From contig CAYMEZ010000010.1 of the NCBI GenBank assembly GCA_964389835.1, positions 284 to 64,283 of the forward strand: 64,000 nt of DNA, given 5' to 3'. Every line of letters starts with the position of its first letter. Within the stretch, counting starts at the first letter, position 1. This DNA is from an uncultured Lachnospiraceae bacterium. Lineage in GTDB: Bacteria > Bacillota > Clostridia > Lachnospirales > Lachnospiraceae. The translations under genes were made by a program, and so were the position numbers. This document shows positions 1 through 9,559 of this stretch, piece by piece. Below the pieces are notes generated by a model. The model was not told the origin of the DNA. It did no database searches and saw nothing but the letters and a program-made list of their open reading frames with translations.

Positions 1-5
1 GCCAA

Positions 6-95
6 CGGAGAAGGAGGGATTTGAACCCTCGCGCCGCTATTAACGACCTGCACCCTTTCCAGGGGTGTCCCTTCAGCCATCTTGGGTACTTCTCC
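6..95 (-). tRNA. tRNA-Ser(GGA)
   Basis: Reverse complement is GGAGAAGTACCCAAG...CACCC-CTGGAAA-GGGTG...GGTTCAAATCCCTCCTTCTCCG: long variable arm, G discriminator, no encoded CCA. Confidence 0.95.
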
Positions 96-208
96 AAACT
101 GCTAAATTCAAAATCTGCACTATATAATACTATGATAAACGAAAACAATCTGAAAGCGACTCTCTGAATCAGTGGGAATCCATCGTCTCCATTTGATCCT
201 CTGATCAA

Positions 209-294
209 CGGAGAGGGTGGGATTCGAACCCACGCGCCCTTGCGGACAAACGGTTTTCAAGACCGCCTCGTTATGACCACTTCGATACCTCTCC
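209..294 (-). tRNA. tRNA-Ser(TGA)
   Basis: Reverse complement is GGAGAGGTATCGAAG...GCGGT-CTTGAAA-ACCGT...GGTTCGAATCCCACCCTCTCCG: long variable arm. Confidence 0.95.
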
Positions 295-323
295 ATGCAC
301 GCTCTCTCGTCAGCGCAAAAATT

Positions 324-352
324 ATTTTAGCAAACATCATTTGTAGTGTCAA
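324..352 (-). promoter_or_regulatory. sigma-A promoter of the tRNA-Ser pair
   Basis: Minus strand reads TTGACA-17 bp-TAAAAT with an extended -10 TG, ~30 bp upstream of tRNA-Ser(TGA). Confidence 0.85.
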
Positions 353-386
353 CATCTTTTTTCACTATTTTTCAAAAAGTGCCAAT

Positions 387-3300
387 TTAACGTTTTTTTG
401 TTCCCAGCGCCTGTCTGCAATAGGTCTGGGCATCTGTATTGGCTCTCAGCTCCCGCTGGCAGTCAACATCCCAGCCTCTCTTTTCTCTGAAGAAGTCCTC
501 CTCTTTTTCTGCTGCTTCAAAAATATATTTCTTTACCATTTCATACCGTTTTTTCAGGGCATCCATGTACTCCGGCTCGATCACGCCTGCCAGATTGACC
601 TCTAAAAGCTCTGGTGAAACACTTTTCAGACCTTCATACAGCTTTTTATCCATCATACCGATCTGATAACTGTACTGTACTACCTCTGTCTTTCCTTTTT
701 TCACTTTTTTCTTTGACAGGATCGAAGCTGTATTATTGATACCCAGTTCTTCTGATTTTCCAAATGACAGATCATTATCAATTCCCACTACCTTTTTAAC
801 AAACAGCGTCTTTTTTTCTTCATCCTTTTCATAGGAAACAAAGTAATTGCCTATATGTCTGTCAACCTGTCCGATGATGTTATCCAGGATCTGCAGATTT
901 AAAAGCTGCTTCTGGGCTTCGCCCTCTATTTCAATCTCATATTTTTCTTCTTTTGCCATTCGTTTCAGTGCCTTAAGCGATACCCCCTCTGCCTGCTCCA
1001 TTACAAAGCCCTTTCTCTGGGCACCGTCCTTCTCTACGATCACCGCCTCATGATTGCGTACAATAAGCCCCTTTAAGCCCAACAGCTCTGCTACACGCTC
1101 AGAAGCAAAGTTGCGAGCTGTCATATCAGCACCCTTATCAATGCGCACATCTGCCATCTGGGTTACCTGTTCCTTTGTGCTCTGTCTGTTAAGGGCTGTG
1201 ATAAAGCACTTCCACTTTTCTCTGTTAGCCTGCACTTCCAGATAAGGGCGTACGTCTACATGAAGCGCCTCACTGCATTCCTGAAGCTGTGCTTCTGATA
1301 TATCAGCCTGCACATCCGTCAAAAAGCCAAAGACACAGCCCGGCTGTGTTAAGTCCGTTACCTCTTCCGTTTTGTCCTTTGTTCCATAGATCTTAAGCTT
1401 CTCCCTGAACGCGTTTTGCAGCTCTTCATTTCCCAGAATACGCAGATTTTCCTCCAGAGCATCCCCAAAGTCCCTCAGCTTTTCATCCTCTTTAAAGAAA
1501 AAGACCTTTTCGCCATCCTTGAGCTTAAATACATCCGAGGTTCCATCTCCTACATTTTCTGTTTCCGCTTCTATCCGGAAGGTCTTGATTTGCTGCGCCC
1601 TTGAAACAATGTCACACAAGGTAAGAGATGCAGCATCCCCAGTATCCAGAAGCTGTGCTCTAAGCTCCTGTGCTTCCCCCGGTATCCGTTCCTTATATTC
1701 ATTCAGTGTGCTGGAAATCATCTGCATTTCAGAAAGCATTCCGCTAATATCCCCTGCACCCTTTGCCACAGTCAGCACCGACATAGTCTCGCGCAGACTT
1801 TTTTCCACATAGCCAAACATGCTCATAAGCGTCATAATGGTAGCGTCAAAAAAATCCTCCGGCGAAAGCACAAGGGGCTTTTCCATGTACTCTGCCAGAT
1901 CCCCTAACCATGCCTCTGCTTCCTTCATCGGTTTTAAGATATTCTTTTTTGCTTTCTTTCCCAGCTTTTTAATCCCAGTGATCTGAGCTGCTATCCCAGA
2001 AATCTGCTGCGCAGATCTTTGGAAGCCGCTCACTACCACCTGCTTCGTATCTGTTGCTGCTTCATTTCTGTTACGAGCCACATCCCGTAAAACCGCAGCT
2101 TCCTCCAGCAGCTGCTTAGCTGCCACCAGCAGCTGCTCCTCACGCAGCTGCTCCGTGTCCTTTAATCCGTAAAGACTTCTTATGCTTTGCAGTTCCTCCT
2201 CTGTAAAACATTTTTCCGTCAGTCTGCCCTGCTCGTACGCCCGGAGCATACTAACTCCCCTCGCTTCCAGCATATCGGTCTGTTCCTTGCTGCGCTGCAG
2301 ATCAAGCTTCGCCTTTTCTTTGTCGGAAAGCTGCGGTTTCTGGATATTCTCCGGTGCAGCCTGCTGACTATGATAAAGCACTGCATATTCTATCGCCTGC
2401 TCCTCAGCTGTTTTTGCCTCCTGCTCAAAGGCTTGTGGAAGGTACTCCTTTAAGGAAGGATTTTCTTTTAGCTCCAGCTCGCCTCCCTGCAGAAGATACC
2501 TGATCCCAGCTTCCATGGAATCTGCCCGCTTCTGCAATATCGTCTGTTTGTCTGTTTCTTCCTGAATGCGCTCCTCTATCTGCGTTTTCATTTTTGGGGA
2601 AATGGTCACATCAGCTTTTAGTTCCTCGGCAGCCTTGAGGATCGTCTGATTTCTCTCTTCCAGCTCCATCAGGCTATAGATTTCCTGATACATCTGCTGA
2701 ATCACAGCCTTGTTTTCTTCTGCCTGCTGAGGATGCTCCTCCAGCAGCGGTCTGAGTCTTTCTATCTCAGCATAGACCTTTTCAGGTCCCGGCTCTTCCA
2801 GCTCGGCCACCGGTCTTTTTTCTGACAACAGCTGTTCAAGCAGCGCAGCATCTACCGACTCGCCTATTTCCTTCAAATCTCCCCGCGCCGCCATATTCAT
2901 GCGCAGCGCCTGCTGCTTTTCTTTCTCAGTCATATTTTCCAAAAACATCTGATCGCCGGATGCACCGGGCTGATACCGATAGCCTAGTGCGCCCAGTGCC
3001 GTCACGAATGCCTGCTCTCCCCGCACATACATCGTTTTCATATGGGCAAGGCGCAGTGTCTGCTCCTGTGACATGCTGTCATGTGCGATCCCCTCTTTGT
3101 CAAAGACAGCGATATGCTCACGCCACTGATCCAGTATGCCGCGCACCTCGGCAAAATTTTCTGCTATATAAGCAGGTGTCAGCATCGTATCAGGTAGCAC
3201 CTGTTCAAACAGTGCCGCAGCCTGAGCATCCGGCGTTGTCAGGCTGCGACGTCTTTCCACTCGTTCTGCAATGCCCTCCTGCTCCGTACTTTTCTGCTCC

Positions 3301-3572
3301 TGCCACGTCCGCGCAGCTGCTTTTAGCTTATTTTTCCGTTTCTTTTTCGTTTTTGATTCCTTTTCGTCCACAGGCTGGACCGGCATGTCCTCAGCGATCA
3401 CTCTTTTGGGTACAGCAGCCTCCTTAGACTGATATCTTGACATAAGTTCATCTGCGGACAGCTGGGACTGCTGGAAATGCTCCTGCAGCATATTTTCCTG
3501 CTGCAGTCTGTTTTCCTCAAATTCCTGCATTTCTACAGCCGTATTTTTTCTGAACTGAAACATGCCCTCCAT
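387..3572 (-). CDS. Putative CIS effector K3 (1061 aa) with C-terminal PI3/PI4-kinase-like (HipA/CtkA superfamily) domain
   Basis: Motifs VGDGTSDV, FFFKED, ARNFASERVAELLG, LDNIIGQVDRHIGNY, GIDNDLSFG; AGGAGG RBS; paralog of 4535..9487 and 15298..20352. Confidence 0.75.
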   Translation of the reverse strand: MEGMFQFRKNTAVEMQEFEENRLQQENMLQEHFQQSQLSADELMSRYQSKEAAVPKRVIAEDMPVQPVDEKESKTKKKRKNKLKAAARTWQEQKSTEQEGIAERVERRRSLTTPDAQAAALFEQVLPDTMLTPAYIAENFAEVRGILDQWREHIAVFDKEGIAHDSMSQEQTLRLAHMKTMYVRGEQAFVTALGALGYRYQPGASGDQMFLENMTEKEKQQALRMNMAARGDLKEIGESVDAALLEQLLSEKRPVAELEEPGPEKVYAEIERLRPLLEEHPQQAEENKAVIQQMYQEIYSLMELEERNQTILKAAEELKADVTISPKMKTQIEERIQEETDKQTILQKRADSMEAGIRYLLQGGELELKENPSLKEYLPQAFEQEAKTAEEQAIEYAVLYHSQQAAPENIQKPQLSDKEKAKLDLQRSKEQTDMLEARGVSMLRAYEQGRLTEKCFTEEELQSIRSLYGLKDTEQLREEQLLVAAKQLLEEAAVLRDVARNRNEAATDTKQVVVSGFQRSAQQISGIAAQITGIKKLGKKAKKNILKPMKEAEAWLGDLAEYMEKPLVLSPEDFFDATIMTLMSMFGYVEKSLRETMSVLTVAKGAGDISGMLSEMQMISSTLNEYKERIPGEAQELRAQLLDTGDAASLTLCDIVSRAQQIKTFRIEAETENVGDGTSDVFKLKDGEKVFFFKEDEKLRDFGDALEENLRILGNEELQNAFREKLKIYGTKDKTEEVTDLTQPGCVFGFLTDVQADISEAQLQECSEALHVDVRPYLEVQANREKWKCFITALNRQSTKEQVTQMADVRIDKGADMTARNFASERVAELLGLKGLIVRNHEAVIVEKDGAQRKGFVMEQAEGVSLKALKRMAKEEKYEIEIEGEAQKQLLNLQILDNIIGQVDRHIGNYFVSYEKDEEKKTLFVKKVVGIDNDLSFGKSEELGINNTASILSKKKVKKGKTEVVQYSYQIGMMDKKLYEGLKSVSPELLEVNLAGVIEPEYMDALKKRYEMVKKYIFEAAEKEEDFFREKRGWDVDCQRELRANTDAQTYCRQALGTKKR

Positions 3573-3573
3573 A

Positions 3574-4488
3574 TCAGTAACCTCCTTTGCCTGCTCTGTT
3601 CTCTATTGCCTCTGTTGTTCCATTGGCATAAGCCCACGCTGCCGCCTCATATCTGGCAAAGTAGGAAAGCTCCAGTGTATAACACCACCTCTTTGCCGCT
3701 GCTTTAACTCCCATTTTTTCTAAGATCCGCAGCAGAGTTTTGTTTACTACCTCAAAATGGCAGAGCGTATCCGGCGGACAACAGCTGCCTGCCCGCTGGA
3801 TGGCATAGCGCAGCAGCCAGATAGGCGCTGCGATATGGGTGGAATGGCTGAGCAGGCAACACACTCTGCATTTTTTCTCCTGTTCCTGCCTGATGAGCAG
3901 GATACCCTTTATTTTCCCTTTCTCCAGCACAACGCTGCTGCACTCTGCCAAATAATCTGACTTGTCCAGAGGCAGTTCGATCAGCTCTTCGCCCCATCTT
4001 TCCAGCTTTTTTGAGAAAGCGCGTAAGCTTTTAGAGCTGCAGTCTGCAAGTGCAGCTACATTTCCATAGCTTCCCTGAAAATATGGATTCTGGACCAATT
4101 CCGAAAGCTGGCAGGAAAAGCTTCCCAGCCCTTCCTCTTCGCGCTGAAAGGGATATCCTCCCAGCATCCGCTCCAGCTTTTTATATTCTCCGGCAAGGCA
4201 TCTGATCTGAAAGCTTTTCCTTTTGGCATGATAAGCATACAGCAAAAGCTCTGTCATAAGCTGCGTACCCTTACCCATTCCCCGGAACTTTTCAGTAATA
4301 TAAATATATTGCAGCATAAAAGTATCGCCCTCACAGTCTGTTACTGCTATGGCATAGGGTATTCCTGCCCGTTCCATGCCCCAGAACTGCAAAGCCGCCT
4401 CTGCCCATGTATGCTCTAAAAACCGATCCGGTATCATATGTACATACCGCTGCAGCTGCTTTTCATTTAACAGGATGCTTTCTCCCAT
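3574..4488 (-). CDS. GNAT-family acetyltransferase-like protein (partner of K3)
   Basis: Acetyl-CoA motif YIYITEKFRGMGKG; paralog of 9560..10471 and 20372..21274; stop lies 1 bp before the K3 start. Confidence 0.8.
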   Translation of the reverse strand: MGESILLNEKQLQRYVHMIPDRFLEHTWAEAALQFWGMERAGIPYAIAVTDCEGDTFMLQYIYITEKFRGMGKGTQLMTELLLYAYHAKRKSFQIRCLAGEYKKLERMLGGYPFQREEEGLGSFSCQLSELVQNPYFQGSYGNVAALADCSSKSLRAFSKKLERWGEELIELPLDKSDYLAECSSVVLEKGKIKGILLIRQEQEKKCRVCCLLSHSTHIAAPIWLLRYAIQRAGSCCPPDTLCHFEVVNKTLLRILEKMGVKAAAKRWCYTLELSYFARYEAAAWAYANGTTEAIENRAGKGGY

Positions 4489-4534
4489 AGATATTCTCCT
4501 CTTATGGTTTATGCCCTTACTTTATCTACCATAT

Positions 4535-7500
4535 CTACCATTGATCCTTTTGGCTTTCTAACAATCTTTGGATCAATAATGATTCACCCTTATACCGGAG
4601 CATCTGTTTGCGCGTATCCTCATTCCACTCATCCTTTGTCTTGACGATACCCTGATCGGCATTGACTGCTGCAAGGATACTGCTGCGCAACGTTTCATAG
4701 CGTTTTTTCAATGCTTCGATATAAGGCGGCTCGATGATGCCCTCCAGATTGACTGTCAAAAGCTCCGGTGTGACTGTCAGCAGGCTTTCGTACATGTCCT
4801 TGTCGATCACTCCGAGCAGATAGCTATTCTCTATGACCACAGCTTCACCCTGCTTTGCCGGCGCTTTTTTCTTTTGTACGAGTATCGAACTGGTATTATA
4901 GCCACCGATCTTCTCTGAAGCTCCAAATGCAAAATCATTGTCTATGCCGGTCACTTTCTCAACGATGATCTGCTTGCTTTCATCGTCTACGTGATAGGAA
5001 ACAAATACGTTGCCTGTATGGCGGTCTACCTGTCCGATGATATTATCCAATATCTGAAGATTCAGCAGCTGTCTCTGCGCCTCGCCCGGTACGATGAGCA
5101 TATATTTCATGTCTGAGGCAAGCTGTCTCAGCGTACCTACCGACACACCCTCTGCCATCTCCATTGCAAAGCCCTTTTTCTGTTCGCCGTTCTGGGTTAC
5201 GAGCACAGCCTCGTGATTCTTCGTGATCAGATCTTTCAGACCAAACAGCTCTGCGACACGCTCTGATGCAAAGTTGCGGGCTGTCATGTCTGCTCCCTCA
5301 TCCAGCTGATAGCCGACATCCGTTATGGCTGCCTCTACCGTAAATCTCTTTTTAAAAGCTTTCGCAAAATTTTTCCACTTTTCCTGATTTTCCGCATTCT
5401 CTATATAGCCGCGCACATCTAACGCCAGTATTGCATTGACCTGAGCCAGAGCATTTTCATTCAGCTGCCCGTCCGGCATGATCAGTTCTACTGCTGTATG
5501 GAGTATCGTCAGCTGATCTCTTACCTCATCATCTGTTTTGACTTTTTCAAGCAAATCAAGGAGCTTATTTTCCAGTTCTGCATCGCCCAATGCCAAAATC
5601 TGCTCCTTGAGCGTCGTTAAAAAGTCCTGCAATATCTCATCTTCCTTGAAGAAAAAGACCTTTTCTCCCTCCTCCAGCCGCAGGACATCCGAAGCAGCTG
5701 CACCAACATTCTGTTCCCCGCCGTTTAAAGCAAAGGTTTTTACTCCCTGCGCACTTAGTACAATATCCTGCAGGGTCAGAATCTGTGCTTCCTCTGTATG
5801 CAGAGCATCCTTTCTGAGCTGCTGTGCGCAGCCCGGTATGTGCATCCTCACTGTATGGAATACATCAAAAATATTTTGGATATCAGCAGACAGTCCATTG
5901 ACAGCTGCGCCGTCTGCATTTTCCAGTGCTGACATTGCCCCTCTCAGGTTTTTTTCAATATAACCGAACATGCTCATAAGGGTCATGATCGTTGCATCGA
6001 AAAAATCCTCCGGCTCCAGCACAAGGGGCTTTGCCAGATAAACGGTCAGATCCTTCAGCCATGCTTCTGCCTCATCCAGCTGTTTGGTAATGCCGCCCCT
6101 GATCTGCTTTTTGATCTTAGAAAGACTGTTGACCTTTCCGGAAAGCTCACTAACCTGCTGTGCATAACGCCGAAAGCCGCCCAGCATATCCTCAAAATAT
6201 ACTTTTTCCTTTGAAAGCCTCCCTTGCAGGGCTTCTTTTTCCCAAAGGTAGTCTTCTGCTGTCAGATATTCTCCTCTATGAATATCAACGCAGCGGCTGC
6301 GCATAAACGTGGTTACATATTCTCTGTAACGCTCATACATGCTCTGGGATTTTTCCCATGCCAGCTTCTGAGCTGCCGGTATCGCTTCTTCCAGCTCCGG
6401 TGTCTGCTTCAGCAGCGCCTGGTATGCATCCATCGCCTGAAAGGAGGTAAGCAGCTCCTCCGCATGGGAAGTCATATATTCCGGTGTCAGCATTTCCTCT
6501 GTCAGACGCAGCAGACTCAGCCTTTGGGCAAGCTGAGCAAACGGCTCTTCAGCGATCACAGTCTCAGCCCTTTTCCGGGCATACAGCATTTCATAGCTGT
6601 CTGCATCTGCATGGGGATTTTCTTTCTTTACCAGCACCTGTATCCGCATCTGCGCCAGTCTCAGCCAGCCCCTCAGCTGTCTCATGACCATTGTGGTATC
6701 TCCGTCATGCTGTGCGATATAATCCTGAAGCTCTTTGGCGCGTCCGAAATAAGCAAGCTGCGCTTCCCGATCCGCTGTCAGGATATGTGCTGCATCGGTC
6801 TGCAGCTGGCGGAAGCTTTCGATCACAGGCTGATGCTGTTCTTCTTTCTGAACATCCCACTTTCCGCCCAGATACTCAAAAGAATCCTGCACCCCCTTCA
6901 TTGCTCCCTGCAGCGCATCTGCCATCATAGAATAATCCAGCACCCCAGCGGCAACAGAGCTTCCGATTCCCAGCACATAGGCTGCCATACCATTGTACAC
7001 ACGGACTAAATGGTACAGCCTTGCATCCACCGGATTTGTCAGATCCAGCAGGTCAGGCATATTCTCTACCATATGTCCATCCACCTGCACATTGGCAAAA
7101 ATCCTTTGCAGCTCCTCTTCATGCTCCAGAATGTACATGGTAGAGGGCAGAACGTGATGGAAGCGTTCCTCCAGCATTTCATAATGATGGAAGATACAAT
7201 TCTTATAGGTCTGTAATCCTTCCAGATTTTCTCTATAATAATGCTCGATCCTTTCAGGCTGGTCTCCATCCTGCTCCAGTGCACCTGCAGAAAGCAGCAT
7301 ACACATCTGACGGAACTGCCCGTCCTCCATATTCTGAAATACAGGCAGGCTTTCTGCCGAGTCATAAGTACGAAACAGCGGCTCCTCTAAAAGAGACTGG
7401 GTATCGCCTGCCCGTCTATACTGTGTCTTTGTCAATGAATATTCTATCCTGAGCAGTCTCATGCGCTCCTCGAGCGTCTCCAGCTCCTGTTGGAGCGGTT

Positions 7501-9487
7501 CCCGATCTTGGATTCCCTGATCTGCAAGCCTTTGCGTCAGTTCATTCCTTCGCTGCAGGCAATGGTGGTGATATCTTAACAGCTCTGCGGATTCCATGAT
7601 CCGATCCTGCGGTAATCCCAGTGCTTCTCTGGCTGCTCTTTTCATGTCATTTAATGCTCTTTTATAAGTCGGATGTACCTGCTCCGTATTCAGCTCCCAT
7701 GGAGCGTCATACCTCTCTCTGGCATGGTCTGATTGAAAATATCTGTTGTAGGCAGCGTCCTGTGAAGCACTTGCCAGCTCCAGCATTTCCTTTGCTGCGA
7801 TCAGCATATGATCCATAGTAAGCGGTGCTTTCTCTCCTACGTGAAACCTGGTATGCAGCTTAAGAATCTCGCTGTCTGTAAAGCATTCTTCTGTCAGTCT
7901 GCCCTGCTCATAGGCTTTGACCATGCTCAGCCCTCTTGCCTTTATGGCATAGAACTGTATCATCTCGCATCTTAGATCAAACAGCACCTTATCCTGACCG
8001 ATAAAGGCATCCATGAAGGGTCTCCCATCCGGAGCATTTACCCTCTGATATTTTTTCTCCTTGATCTGCAACACATCACTATAAAGATCCTGCAATTCTT
8101 TACTTTTCATAAGCAGGTCTTCATCTGTACCATATTCCATATCCTGCACATCAAAATCACGTAAACGCTCCAGCATATGCTGCAGCTCCTCACGCCTTGC
8201 AGGCTCTTCTTCCTGAGACTCCTGATCCCCTTCCCGGTCCGCTGCCTGCTGTTTTCTCATTTCCATTTCCGTGCGGTAGCTTCTGGCATAATACACTGCC
8301 CGATCCTCTGCCTCCCAGGTACTCTCCTCAAACTCTTCCGGTAAAAATTCTCTGAGAGTCAGCATTTCCTTCTGTGTCAATGCACTTTCTGTCAGGACAT
8401 GTCGCAAGCCCTTTTCCATGCATTCCGCACGATTTCTCAGTATGCGCTCCTTATTTTCCAGCTCTGTCCGGCGCGTCTGTAAATAAGCTCTTGTCTTGCC
8501 CTCATAGCCGATCCTGTTCTGGGAAACACTGTCGATATCGCTGCAGTCCCTTTCGGTATTTTCCAAAAGCTCTAACAATCTGTACAGCTCCTTACAGATC
8601 CGTTCCACGCTTTCCTTGTGCTCTGTATATTTGTTCTCATGCTCCTGGATCAGCCCTTCTATCTCGGCAAGCTTAGCCGCTCTTTTCGGAGTTTTTACAA
8701 AGGAATCCTGTCTGTATGCTTTTTCTTCCTGAAGCAGCTTATCAGCCACCGTGACTGTTATCTCATTTTCTTTCTGCTTCAGTTCACTGCGCAGTTCTCT
8801 GTTTCTTGTAAGTGCCTTTGCTCTTTCTTCCTCTGTCAGATCGTCTAAAAACTGCTTGCCTGCCTTAGCATCAGGGACATAGCGATAGCCCAGCGCTCTG
8901 ATTGCTGTATGAAACGCATTTTCACTGTCCTGATACATTTTCTCCATCTGCTGCATCCGCAGTTCACGTTCTCTGGACAGACCAAGCCGCGCCGGATACT
9001 GGGCATCATAGACCTCCATATGCTCTTTCCATTTATCCAGCTGCCTTCTGACCTGGGCAAAATTGTTCATAACATACTCCGGTGTCAGCTGATCAGCAGA
9101 GATCGGGTTTTCAAAGACAGCCTGTGCCTGATCATCCGGCTCCATTTTCCCTCGCCGCATGGCAAGACGCTTTACATAGTTTTGTTCCCTTTTTTGTGAC
9201 TGATACGTCCTGTTAAGCTCCTCAGCGCCGCTTTGCAGCTTGCTTTTTTTGCGTTTTTTAAAGCTTGATTCCTTTTCATCTGCCGTTTGCTGGGGCATAT
9301 CCTGTACGGGTGTCTGCTCCGCTTCCCTGTATGGCACCGCCTGATAGCGTTCCATCAGCTCCCTGGAGGATAAGTCCATGCGCATAAAATGCTCCTGCGT
9401 CTGCTTCTCCTGCAATAGCTTTTCCTTCTCGTAGCGTTCTCTTTCCGCATAGGTCATATCCTGCTGTGTCTGGAATATCTGATCCAT
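4535..9487 (-). CDS. Putative CIS effector K2 (1650 aa) with C-terminal PI3/PI4-kinase-like domain
   Basis: VGAAASDV, FFFKED, ARNFASERVAELFG, LDNIIGQVDRHTGNV, GIDNDFAFG; long helical N-terminal region. Confidence 0.75.
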   Translation of the reverse strand: MDQIFQTQQDMTYAERERYEKEKLLQEKQTQEHFMRMDLSSRELMERYQAVPYREAEQTPVQDMPQQTADEKESSFKKRKKSKLQSGAEELNRTYQSQKREQNYVKRLAMRRGKMEPDDQAQAVFENPISADQLTPEYVMNNFAQVRRQLDKWKEHMEVYDAQYPARLGLSRERELRMQQMEKMYQDSENAFHTAIRALGYRYVPDAKAGKQFLDDLTEEERAKALTRNRELRSELKQKENEITVTVADKLLQEEKAYRQDSFVKTPKRAAKLAEIEGLIQEHENKYTEHKESVERICKELYRLLELLENTERDCSDIDSVSQNRIGYEGKTRAYLQTRRTELENKERILRNRAECMEKGLRHVLTESALTQKEMLTLREFLPEEFEESTWEAEDRAVYYARSYRTEMEMRKQQAADREGDQESQEEEPARREELQHMLERLRDFDVQDMEYGTDEDLLMKSKELQDLYSDVLQIKEKKYQRVNAPDGRPFMDAFIGQDKVLFDLRCEMIQFYAIKARGLSMVKAYEQGRLTEECFTDSEILKLHTRFHVGEKAPLTMDHMLIAAKEMLELASASQDAAYNRYFQSDHARERYDAPWELNTEQVHPTYKRALNDMKRAAREALGLPQDRIMESAELLRYHHHCLQRRNELTQRLADQGIQDREPLQQELETLEERMRLLRIEYSLTKTQYRRAGDTQSLLEEPLFRTYDSAESLPVFQNMEDGQFRQMCMLLSAGALEQDGDQPERIEHYYRENLEGLQTYKNCIFHHYEMLEERFHHVLPSTMYILEHEEELQRIFANVQVDGHMVENMPDLLDLTNPVDARLYHLVRVYNGMAAYVLGIGSSVAAGVLDYSMMADALQGAMKGVQDSFEYLGGKWDVQKEEQHQPVIESFRQLQTDAAHILTADREAQLAYFGRAKELQDYIAQHDGDTTMVMRQLRGWLRLAQMRIQVLVKKENPHADADSYEMLYARKRAETVIAEEPFAQLAQRLSLLRLTEEMLTPEYMTSHAEELLTSFQAMDAYQALLKQTPELEEAIPAAQKLAWEKSQSMYERYREYVTTFMRSRCVDIHRGEYLTAEDYLWEKEALQGRLSKEKVYFEDMLGGFRRYAQQVSELSGKVNSLSKIKKQIRGGITKQLDEAEAWLKDLTVYLAKPLVLEPEDFFDATIMTLMSMFGYIEKNLRGAMSALENADGAAVNGLSADIQNIFDVFHTVRMHIPGCAQQLRKDALHTEEAQILTLQDIVLSAQGVKTFALNGGEQNVGAAASDVLRLEEGEKVFFFKEDEILQDFLTTLKEQILALGDAELENKLLDLLEKVKTDDEVRDQLTILHTAVELIMPDGQLNENALAQVNAILALDVRGYIENAENQEKWKNFAKAFKKRFTVEAAITDVGYQLDEGADMTARNFASERVAELFGLKDLITKNHEAVLVTQNGEQKKGFAMEMAEGVSVGTLRQLASDMKYMLIVPGEAQRQLLNLQILDNIIGQVDRHTGNVFVSYHVDDESKQIIVEKVTGIDNDFAFGASEKIGGYNTSSILVQKKKAPAKQGEAVVIENSYLLGVIDKDMYESLLTVTPELLTVNLEGIIEPPYIEALKKRYETLRSSILAAVNADQGIVKTKDEWNEDTRKQMLRYKGESLLIQRLLESQKDQW

Positions 9488-9559
9488 TTTACATCACCCT
9501 CCCTGATACTCTATCCAACCTTCTCTGCATTTCCCACATAACAATTTTCTCTTCTCATT

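Noticed and set aside
6-294. tRNA attachment site for an integrative element
   Set aside because: The island lies on the 5' side of the tRNAs, and I saw no duplicated tRNA end or integrase in the window.
240-605. 121 aa plus-strand ORF
   Set aside because: Antisense to tRNA-Ser, its promoter and K3.
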